From: an uncultured Gammaproteobacteria bacterium
GTDB taxonomy: Bacteria; Pseudomonadota; Gammaproteobacteria; JAGOUU01
Reading direction: 5' to 3'
NCBI GenBank assembly: GCA_963977185.1
Contig: CAXBNV010000003.1
Coordinates: 6,082-70,081, forward strand
DNA length: 64,000 nucleotides
This document shows, piece by piece, positions 18,433-26,795 of the stretch. Numbering within the stretch: the stretch's first letter is position 1; each line of letters starts with the position of its first letter. The position numbers and the translations under genes were made by a program. A model generated the notes under the pieces. The model ran no database searches. It was not told where the DNA came from and saw only the letters and a list, made by a program, of their open reading frames with translations.

Positions 18433-20943
18433 TTAATCTGTTGTGTTTATTTTGTGATTATTATCATTTGTTTTTTTAGGCTCATTATTATTATGAAAAG
18501 ATTTTTTTGGATATTTTTTGTGCTTAGAAAAATGCTTTTTATTTTTATCTGGATTTTTATTAGCATCAACATTACTTTTTAAATTTCCAATATTATCACC
18601 GGGTAATTCGCTAGACTCAAGTGTTTTAGTATTCTTATTCTCTATAAAATTACCATCTTGAGGTTTTGTATTTCCAGATGTTCTGTCATTACGAGTCTGA
18701 TTATTGTTTACAACAGGCATATCGTTAGATAAGGTTTTTTTAACTCTTGTTTTAGGTTGTTTTGAGGCAACAATTTGTTCTTTATGCTCCGTCTTAAGCT
18801 CTTGAGTTTTATTTATTTCTGGAGCTGTTTTATTACTTTTTGTCGCCACATTTAAATTTTCTTGTTCAATAACATTAGGTTTATCAACAGATTCGATATT
18901 TTTTGTGTCATCTTTTTTTTGTGGGTAGTTATTTTTTTTAATTTGTTTTGGTTTATTTGGTTTATTTACTTTGTTAGGGTTTTTTATTATTGGTTCATGT
19001 TTTTTATTTTCTTTAATGATATTTCTAGCTACAACTGATTCTTGCGTATTATCAATGTTAGTATTTTCATTAAAAGAAGTTTCTTTTTTATCATGAGGCT
19101 TAGATCTGTTATGTGGATTATTTTTGTTATATGGAGGTTTTCGCTTATGTGTTTTTTGATATGGTTTTTTATTAACATGCGTCTTATCATTACTTCTTGT
19201 TTTATTTGACGCTTGATTCGTTAATTTGTTTCTGGTTGTAGAAGTTTTTTGAGTATTAGTTTTAAAATAATTCCAAATTTTATTTAATAATCCTACATTA
19301 GATTTTCTTGGATTTTGTTCTCTTCTTGAAGCAAGAGTATTTGTAATAATAGGCACTTCTTGGGGTTTGATAGCAAAAGAAGGGCTATAACTGCCTTCGA
19401 CGGACTTTATTAGCTCATAGCTTTTTTTGTTATTTGGAGGTGATGATTTATCTGCATTGGTATATGATACAGTTATTTCATATTTTGGGTATTCAAAATT
19501 AGGATTAGGAATCAATAATAATTTTTTATCATAAATTTTTTCTAATTCAATAATGTCTTGGCGCTTTTCATTTGAAAGGTAAGCACAAATATCAATAGCT
19601 GCTTGAATTTGTAATCGAGAAATGTTTTGAGTTGCTATTTTTTCTTCGATTATTCTAAGAATCGCTAAAGATAATGATTCAATGCTTCTTATAAATCCAT
19701 TTCCTTGGCATTTAGTACATATTATTTGTGAGCTTTCTACTAGAGCAGGGCGAATACGTTGTCTTGACATTTCAAGTAAACCAAAATTAGATATTTTTCC
19801 AACTTGAACTCTGGCTTTGTCCTGTTTTACTGCTCTTTTAAGTTGATTTTCAACATCTTTTTGATTATTTGTTGATAACATATCTATAAAGTCAATAACT
19901 ATTAATCCTGCAATATCCCTTATTCTCAATTGCTTAGGAATTTCTTTTGCTGCTTCAAGATTAGTTTGTAGAGCTGTAGATTCAATATCTTCGCCTTTTG
20001 TTGCTTGAGCTGAGTTAATATCAATAGCCGTTAGAGCCTCTGTTCGATCAAATACTAAAGAGCCGCCAGAAGGAAGTTTTACATCTCTTGAAAAAGCACC
20101 TTCAATTTGTGTTTCAATTTTATAATGGGAAAATAAAGGTACTTTTTTATCATATAGCTTTACTAAATTTGCACTCTCAGGATTAAGCGACTTCATAAAC
20201 TCAGTTGCTTGCTCCCAAGTAGGGTTATCATCAACTATGATATCAGTGATATCTTTACGTAAATTATCTCTTATTGCTCTGATTATTAAATTATTTTCTT
20301 GATAAATAAGACGAGGAGCTTCATGCATTTCTGCTGCTTCAACTATTGCTTTCCATTGATGAAGAAGGATATCTAAGTCCCACTGCAAGTCTTCTATATC
20401 TTTATTGACACCAGCAGTTCTGATAATAATACCCATATCTTCTGGGAGAACTAGTTGATCCATTATCCCTTTTAATTCTTCTCTTGCATCGCCCTCGATT
20501 CTTTTAGAAATGCCGCCTGCCTCAGGATTATTGGGCATTAAAACTAAATAGCATCCAGCCAAGGTAATATAAGTAGTTAAAGCTGCACCTTTAGAGCCTC
20601 TTTCTTCTTTATCAACTTGTATCAAGATTTCTTGGCCTTCTTCTAATAATTCTTTTAGATTTGGCTTTGACTCTTGCTCATTAGGTACTTGTTTATTAAA
20701 ATATTTACTATCTATATCTTTATATGGCAGAAAACCTTGTTTGTCACTACCGTAACTTACAAAAACAGCTTCTAAGCTAGGCTCAATTCGGCTAATTTTC
20801 GCTTTGTAGATATTAGATTTTTTTTGTTCTATATTTTTATATTCTATATCTAGGCCAATTAATTCATAATTTCCTTTATTATTTCTAATCGTAGCAACTC
20901 TGATCTCTTCAGGATGCCTAGCATTTATAAGCATTTTAGACAT
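18433..20943 (-). CDS. rne: Ribonuclease E
   Basis: MLINA...EE.RVA, S1 domain, IDINS and IVIDFIDM, Zn-link C..C.G.G, and a long disordered K/N-rich C-terminal region. Confidence 0.96.
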   Translation of the reverse strand: MSKMLINARHPEEIRVATIRNNKGNYELIGLDIEYKNIEQKKSNIYKAKISRIEPSLEAVFVSYGSDKQGFLPYKDIDSKYFNKQVPNEQESKPNLKELLEEGQEILIQVDKEERGSKGAALTTYITLAGCYLVLMPNNPEAGGISKRIEGDAREELKGIMDQLVLPEDMGIIIRTAGVNKDIEDLQWDLDILLHQWKAIVEAAEMHEAPRLIYQENNLIIRAIRDNLRKDITDIIVDDNPTWEQATEFMKSLNPESANLVKLYDKKVPLFSHYKIETQIEGAFSRDVKLPSGGSLVFDRTEALTAIDINSAQATKGEDIESTALQTNLEAAKEIPKQLRIRDIAGLIVIDFIDMLSTNNQKDVENQLKRAVKQDKARVQVGKISNFGLLEMSRQRIRPALVESSQIICTKCQGNGFIRSIESLSLAILRIIEEKIATQNISRLQIQAAIDICAYLSNEKRQDIIELEKIYDKKLLLIPNPNFEYPKYEITVSYTNADKSSPPNNKKSYELIKSVEGSYSPSFAIKPQEVPIITNTLASRREQNPRKSNVGLLNKIWNYFKTNTQKTSTTRNKLTNQASNKTRSNDKTHVNKKPYQKTHKRKPPYNKNNPHNRSKPHDKKETSFNENTNIDNTQESVVARNIIKENKKHEPIIKNPNKVNKPNKPKQIKKNNYPQKKDDTKNIESVDKPNVIEQENLNVATKSNKTAPEINKTQELKTEHKEQIVASKQPKTRVKKTLSNDMPVVNNNQTRNDRTSGNTKPQDGNFIENKNTKTLESSELPGDNIGNLKSNVDANKNPDKNKKHFSKHKKYPKKSFHNNNEPKKTNDNNHKINTTD

Positions 20944-21300
20944 GTGATAATCCTCTATTTATTATATATTGTGCAGGATTATCTGAAATAAAAATAATTT
21001 AATTATAAAAAAATATTCAACTCATAACAGCATGGGTTAATTTATGCTTATAAAAAATGACATAATTAATAAAATTTGTTAGATATAGGTCTTTATTAAA
21101 TAAAGACTTTAATGTGTAATTGAAACTTGTCCAAAGGGTTTTATATGAAAACACAGGGTTTAACTTATTGATTTTGTAGGTTTTCAGAGATAAATTGGGT
21201 AGCATAAATTTTATAATTATTTTTATATTTTATATAAGCAGCTTAATTTATTTAAATATAACTAATTCTTTTTCAGATATTCTGCATTAAAATTGTGTAT
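20944..21300 (-). promoter_or_regulatory. Putative structured rne 5' leader
   Basis: 516-bp rne-rluC gap. Long-range complementarity between 21271-21286 and 20972-20988 closes the leader just upstream of the GAGG RBS. Confidence 0.5.
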
Positions 21301-21459
21301 AATTTGTTTTGCTTATCTGTATTTTTATACAATAAGACTTTCCAACTAAAAATATTACATTCATTTCTTTAATTAATATAATATATAATTATAATATATA
21401 TTACAAATAAAAACTAACAATAAATATTTCAATAAATAATTAACAAGTAAGCAGTAAAT

Positions 21460-22416
21460 ATGAGAACAACATCCCAGAATAATAACATGCCCTTTATTTT
21501 TAAAGTTGATTTTAACTCCCAAGGACAACGGTTAGATAATTATTTAGTTAAAAACCTAAAGACTGTTCCAAAAAGTTTAATTTATAGATTAATACGTAAA
21601 GGAGCGGTTAAAGTAAACCGTAAAAATATAAAGCAGGATTACAAACTAAGAGTTAATGATGAAATATATGTTCCATATTTGGAACAAACATCGCAAAATC
21701 CTTATAGAATTTCTCCTCATCATATAGATATGTTAAAAAAATCTATTATTTTTGAAAATAGAGATGTTTTAATTATTAATAAACCTGCGGGAATTTCAGT
21801 TCATTCTGGAACTAATAATGATTATGGTGTTATAGATATTCTAAAGCAAATTTATGGACCATCTCAATATTTAGAATTAGCTCATAGATTAGATAGAGAA
21901 ACGTCTGGGTGCTTGGTATTAGCTAAAAATAGACTAGTTCTGAATGATATTCATAATTCAATGCAAGCAAATCAATTTGAGAAAGAATATATGGCTTTAG
22001 TTAAGGGCACATGGTCAAATTCTATAAGAGTTATAGAAGATAAGCTAAGGCGTACCCATACATCAGAAGGTGAGAGAAAAGTTATAGTTGATTCAGTTGA
22101 TGGAAAAGAAGCTGTAACTAGGGCATCAGTAATTAAAGTTAAAAATAACACAAGCTTAGTGAAGTTAAATCCTATTACTGGAAGAACTCATCAAATTAGG
22201 GTTCATTTATCTAATAAAGGCTTTCCTATTGCAGGTGATAAAAAATATGGTAATAAAGAATGGAATAAACAACTTAAAGATGATTTAGGGTTTGTAAGAA
22301 TATTTTTACATGCATTTTCTATTAAGTTTTCATTGCAAGGTTATCAGAAACCTATTTCTGTTCAAGCGGAGCTTGGGGGTGATTTAAATAAAGTTTTAAA
22401 ACATATTGGATATTAG
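21460..22416 (+). CDS. rluC: 23S rRNA pseudouridine synthase RluC
   Basis: GQRLDNYL S4 domain, NKPAG.SVHSG, HRLDRETSG and TGRTHQIRVH motifs; divergent from rne. Confidence 0.93.
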   Translation: MRTTSQNNNMPFIFKVDFNSQGQRLDNYLVKNLKTVPKSLIYRLIRKGAVKVNRKNIKQDYKLRVNDEIYVPYLEQTSQNPYRISPHHIDMLKKSIIFENRDVLIINKPAGISVHSGTNNDYGVIDILKQIYGPSQYLELAHRLDRETSGCLVLAKNRLVLNDIHNSMQANQFEKEYMALVKGTWSNSIRVIEDKLRRTHTSEGERKVIVDSVDGKEAVTRASVIKVKNNTSLVKLNPITGRTHQIRVHLSNKGFPIAGDKKYGNKEWNKQLKDDLGFVRIFLHAFSIKFSLQGYQKPISVQAELGGDLNKVLKHIGY

Positions 22417-22457
22417 AAAATAATATAAAAACGCCAGTGTAGCAATAACAAAATATG

Positions 22458-23852
22458 TTAATTTACTTCTTTTTTGTTATAAACCATTTTCTTTAAAGTC
22501 TTGCTTAAGATTAATATACTAATCAAATTAGGCAAGGCTATTCCCATGTTAGCTATATCTGCCATCTCCCAGACCAATTTTAAAGGAATAATAGATCCTA
22601 TAACAAAGCAAATTAAAAATATAATTCTAAACGGTGTAACAGCTTTTGGACCAAATAAAAAATAGCTGCCACGATCTCCATAATAACACCATGTAATTGT
22701 AGTTGTATAAGCAAATAAGAATAACCCTATACCAACTATTGTGCCACCCAATATTTCACCTTGTTTGCCAAATGCGCCTGATAGACCTGTTGCAAAAGCA
22801 TGCTGTGATAATGGAGTGCCTATTAAGTTATCTGGGATGTTATTACCATAATGTCCTGTAGATATAATAACTAAAGCAGTCATTGTGCATATTAATAACG
22901 TGTCAAATAAAGGGCCTATCATATCTAAAAATCCAGCATTGATAGATTTATCAGTTTTTAATGTTGCTATTACGATAGGAGATGAGCCAAGACCTGATTC
23001 ACTTGAAAAAATTCCTCGAGAAATTCCGCTTCTAATAATGACCCATAAGCTTGCGCCAAAAGTTGCATTTACAGAAAAAGCATCAGTGATAATTAAATAA
23101 AAGCTATGTGGTACAGCTTTATAGTTGAGGCCTAATATAAATAAAGCACAAAGAACATAAGCTATTGCTATAAAAGGTATAACGATACCAGCAATGTAAG
23201 AAATTCTTTTAACGCCTCCTAAGATTACCGTTCCTATAGTAAATGCTAAAAATATGCCAATATAGATTCTATAGCCATTTAGATCTGGAAATATATAGCC
23301 TAATCCATCGACAATAGAATTTGCTTGAACCATATTACCAGTAGTTAAAGATGCTATCATAATAAATGAAGCAAACATTACGCCTAATATTTTAGTCCAA
23401 ATATTTTGTTTGAGTGCATTTTGAATTGTGACCATGGGGCCACCAAGAATATCACCTGATTTTTCTATTATTCTGTATTTATGAGCAAGAGTGCAAGATG
23501 AAAATTTAATTGCCATTCCTAAAAAAGCAGTAACCCACATCCAAAATATAGCACCAGGTCCGCCAATTGCTATTGCTGTTGCTACTCCTGCAATATTACC
23601 TGTACCAATAGTTCCTGAAAGTACAGTTGCTAGTGCTCTAAAGCCAGATATTTGATCGGTTGTTTTGTCTTCATCAAAAGGCTTGGTAGTTAAAACTTTA
23701 ATTGATTCTTTGAAATATCTGACTTGAATAAATTTTAAATAGATAGTTAAAAATAATCCAGTACCCATAAAAAATATTAAAGTAACAGGAGACCAGGCAA
23801 TGTCAGATAGCGTATCAATGACATTAACAAAAGAGCTATAGAATTGTGACAT
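22458..23852 (-). CDS. Alanine/glycine:cation symporter (AGCS)
   Basis: GTIGTGNIAGVATAI..GGPGAIFWMW, RG.FS.ESGLGS and DTL.ICT.TA motifs. Confidence 0.93.
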   Translation of the reverse strand: MSQFYSSFVNVIDTLSDIAWSPVTLIFFMGTGLFLTIYLKFIQVRYFKESIKVLTTKPFDEDKTTDQISGFRALATVLSGTIGTGNIAGVATAIAIGGPGAIFWMWVTAFLGMAIKFSSCTLAHKYRIIEKSGDILGGPMVTIQNALKQNIWTKILGVMFASFIMIASLTTGNMVQANSIVDGLGYIFPDLNGYRIYIGIFLAFTIGTVILGGVKRISYIAGIVIPFIAIAYVLCALFILGLNYKAVPHSFYLIITDAFSVNATFGASLWVIIRSGISRGIFSSESGLGSSPIVIATLKTDKSINAGFLDMIGPLFDTLLICTMTALVIISTGHYGNNIPDNLIGTPLSQHAFATGLSGAFGKQGEILGGTIVGIGLFLFAYTTTITWCYYGDRGSYFLFGPKAVTPFRIIFLICFVIGSIIPLKLVWEMADIANMGIALPNLISILILSKTLKKMVYNKKEVN

Positions 23853-23994
23853 AAATTATAGGTAATAATCTTTTCAAATAAAATAAAGTATATTCTTATG
23901 TTTCAATAGTCAAGTATTAAAATTCAATCACTTACAATATGTTATTAGGAGTTACATATTATACTTGTTTTGATTAATCCAGATATCTCTAATC

Positions 23995-24086
23995 TGTTCC
24001 TACAGCCAGGCAATTAGTTTTACATGTTTTTATCAATGAGATAATATCGTTAACTTAGATTGTAATAATTATATTAGAGATAAAAT
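23995..24086 (+). promoter_or_regulatory. Duplicated upstream region with sigma70-like promoter (copy 1; copy 2 at ~26702-26795)
   Basis: The ~90 bp upstream of each paralogue align. TTTACA/TTTGCA-N17-TAATAT occurs in both, and both end TAATTATATTAGAGATAAAAT before the ATG. Confidence 0.55.
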
Positions 24087-26663
24087 ATGCTGGATGTCAT
24101 TAAAAATGAGGTAGAATCGCTTCAAGAATTTAACGAATGTGAGGTTGATTCAATATCAGAAAAAGTAATCGTTCGCTACAATCAAAGAATTAAACGTGAT
24201 CTGAGTACTATTTTAAATATTTATGAACAAGGCAAAGATGAGAGTGCTGCTCTAGTTAACCTGAAAGATTTTCTTTTAAAGAATTGGAATTTTGTAAAAG
24301 GAACAAGTCTTTGTTATACATCCATTCCAAACAGCGATGCTACTAATATTATTTTTAAAATAGCTTTATATGTTGGAGATAAATTACAGCAAAAGCCATT
24401 AACGTTTTTGATGCCTGAATTAAATTTAGAATCTATTGATATTTCATATCCAAATCTTGGGGATTTGGAAATAAAAGATGTTAAATCTTTGCAGTCATTA
24501 TTAACTAAACATATTTTAAGTGAAGACAGTCATGCATTAATACCTGTTAAAGTATTAGCAAACTATGAATCAAGTTCAAAAACTTTAATAAATCCATATT
24601 ATAATCTATTTAATGAAGGTAGCAGTGACACTCTCACTGATGATGAGTTCTATCGTTTAAAAAATCATTCAAACTTAACTCTTAATTTTGTTGAGATGCA
24701 AAATGATTATCAAAGTAAGGCATTACAAAATAATAGTCTTTTAGGTGAATTAGAAAGGCTTTGCAAGCTTTTGTCTTTTTATAGCTCAAACCATGTAGGA
24801 AGTGAAGCTGATGCAGGTATAGGTGTTTATTCAGCTATACCGAGATTTTTTGAGTTTTATAATACTTTATCAATTGAAAAAAAATTTTTAATTCCATCTG
24901 CATTAAAAACTTCTATAGAAAATCTTAAAAAACAGTCATCTGATTATAATAATAGAGGTGGTATTGCTGCAAGCAATATTCAGACTTGTATTGCCACATT
25001 AAGAGCAGATATTTTAAGTAATTTAAAAGGAAATGAAGCTACTTTATCTAAGATTACATTAGAAGATGCAGATTTTACTAGTATCTTAGACAAGATTATT
25101 GAGGCAAGAAATTTAGCTAAAGAAGGTTTGTTAGACTCTGTATATGCAAACAAAAATACCGAAGGTAATGATAAGCTTGGTATAACATCAAAATTGCTAA
25201 GTAATTTTGATATTACGTTAGAAATTCAAGATAAAACAGATTTACAGTTAATTATAAATTTAACGAGTACTGAAATATTAAAAGTTCTTAATAAGGATAA
25301 TATAAAACAAATTGTTGCAGTTATAAATACATCAGAACATTTTGTTAATTTTTGTATAGATACTCCATTAGATAAATTAAATGCAATACTAATAAAAACA
25401 AAAGATGAGTGCCTTAAAGGATTGAATATACGTAAATTCTCTGAAATGGTTATTTTATTAGAAGAAGAGAGGTTTTTTTTAGTTTTTAATGCTTTTAAAG
25501 ATATTATAAAATCACCTCGTGATTTTAGCGTTATTCTTCAACACCTCAATACTGAGCAAAAAGCAGTAGTATCTGATGGTTTAAGGGGTAATTTACATAA
25601 TATTATAAAATCATCTCGTGATTTTAACATTATTTTTAAACATCTAAATAATGATCAAAAAGCAGTAGTATATGAGGATTTAAAGGGTAATTTACATAAT
25701 ATTATAAAATCATCTTTTGATTTTAGCATGGTTTTTTGCTATCTAAATGATGAGCAAAGAGCTAAAGTATATGATGTTTTAAAGTGTGATTTGCATGATA
25801 TTATAAAATCATCTTCTGATTTTAATTATGTTCTTCAATATCTAAATGCTGATCAAATAACAGCATTTTTTGAATCTTTAAAGGGTAATTGGTGTAATAT
25901 TATAAAATCATCTTCTGATTTTAGTTATGTTATTCTATATCTAAATGTTGAGCAAATAACAGCATTTTTTGAGTCTTTAAAAGGTAATTTATATAATATT
26001 ATAAAGTTATCTTCTGATTTTAATTATGTTCTTAAACATCTAGATGTTGAGCAAAGAGCAGTAGTATATGAGTTTTTTAAGGGTAATTTAAATAAGAACA
26101 TAAAATCATCTTATGATTTCAGCATTGTTCTTTACTATCTAAATAATGAGCAAAGAGCTGAAGTATATAATTCATTAAAAGGTAATTTGTATAAGATTAT
26201 AAAATCATCTTCTGATTTTAGTATCGTCTTTTGCAATCTAAATAATGAGCAAAGAGCTGAAGTATATGATGTTTTAAAAGATGATTTACATAATATTTTA
26301 AAATCAACTGATGATTTTATAAATATTTTTCATTATATAGAATGCAAACAAGCAGAAGCAGTTTATTGGTCTTTAAAAAGTCGAATAAAATCTTCTTTAA
26401 TGTCAGAAAAAGATTATTTGGCAATTTATAATGAACCATCTTGTTATGGTTTTAGAGATAATTTTAAGGAATACTGTGGTAACATTGAACTATTAACTTT
26501 TAAAAATAATGCAAGAAAAATAATGAACGATGCATTATTCTTGATAAATTTAGCAAAAGAAAGCGTATATACTTTTAGTTACTATAATTGTGTTTTTATG
26601 ATGAATTATTCGGTTAATAAAGAAGTCGAGCCGCCTAAAAGATCTGGTCTATCACCTCATTAA
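24087..26663 (+). CDS. Uncharacterised protein: constant N-terminal domain plus nine 33-aa helical repeats (paralogue A); putative effector
   Basis: 858-aa ORF; repeat consensus IIKSxxDFxx(V/I)hxxLNxEQxxxVxxxLKGNLHN; colinear with paralogue B at a 2700-bp offset. Confidence 0.9.
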   Translation: MLDVIKNEVESLQEFNECEVDSISEKVIVRYNQRIKRDLSTILNIYEQGKDESAALVNLKDFLLKNWNFVKGTSLCYTSIPNSDATNIIFKIALYVGDKLQQKPLTFLMPELNLESIDISYPNLGDLEIKDVKSLQSLLTKHILSEDSHALIPVKVLANYESSSKTLINPYYNLFNEGSSDTLTDDEFYRLKNHSNLTLNFVEMQNDYQSKALQNNSLLGELERLCKLLSFYSSNHVGSEADAGIGVYSAIPRFFEFYNTLSIEKKFLIPSALKTSIENLKKQSSDYNNRGGIAASNIQTCIATLRADILSNLKGNEATLSKITLEDADFTSILDKIIEARNLAKEGLLDSVYANKNTEGNDKLGITSKLLSNFDITLEIQDKTDLQLIINLTSTEILKVLNKDNIKQIVAVINTSEHFVNFCIDTPLDKLNAILIKTKDECLKGLNIRKFSEMVILLEEERFFLVFNAFKDIIKSPRDFSVILQHLNTEQKAVVSDGLRGNLHNIIKSSRDFNIIFKHLNNDQKAVVYEDLKGNLHNIIKSSFDFSMVFCYLNDEQRAKVYDVLKCDLHDIIKSSSDFNYVLQYLNADQITAFFESLKGNWCNIIKSSSDFSYVILYLNVEQITAFFESLKGNLYNIIKLSSDFNYVLKHLDVEQRAVVYEFFKGNLNKNIKSSYDFSIVLYYLNNEQRAEVYNSLKGNLYKIIKSSSDFSIVFCNLNNEQRAEVYDVLKDDLHNILKSTDDFINIFHYIECKQAEAVYWSLKSRIKSSLMSEKDYLAIYNEPSCYGFRDNFKEYCGNIELLTFKNNARKIMNDALFLINLAKESVYTFSYYNCVFMMNYSVNKEVEPPKRSGLSPH
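24220..25136 (+). repeat. 917-bp block identical to 26920-27836
   Basis: Line-by-line comparison found no differences between the mismatches at 24219/26919 and 25137/27837. Confidence 0.9.
25503..26393 (+). repeat. Nine tandem 99-bp (33-aa) coding repeats, array A
   Basis: ATTATAAAATCA...GATTTT...CTAAAT...GAGCAA...TTAAAGGGTAATTT recurs every 99 bp. Confidence 0.92.
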
Positions 26664-26795
26664 AATTTGCAAAAATGCATTACCCTCAGACCGACCTAAT
26701 ATGTTCCTACAAGCTCTGCAAATTAGTTTTGCATATTTTTATAAATGATATAATATAGTTAACTTAGATTGTAGTAATTATATTAGAGATAAAAT

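Noticed and set aside
21017-21205. 62-aa ORF in the rne leader
   Set aside because: No convincing RBS or recognisable motif; better explained as untranslated leader, although a uORF cannot be excluded.
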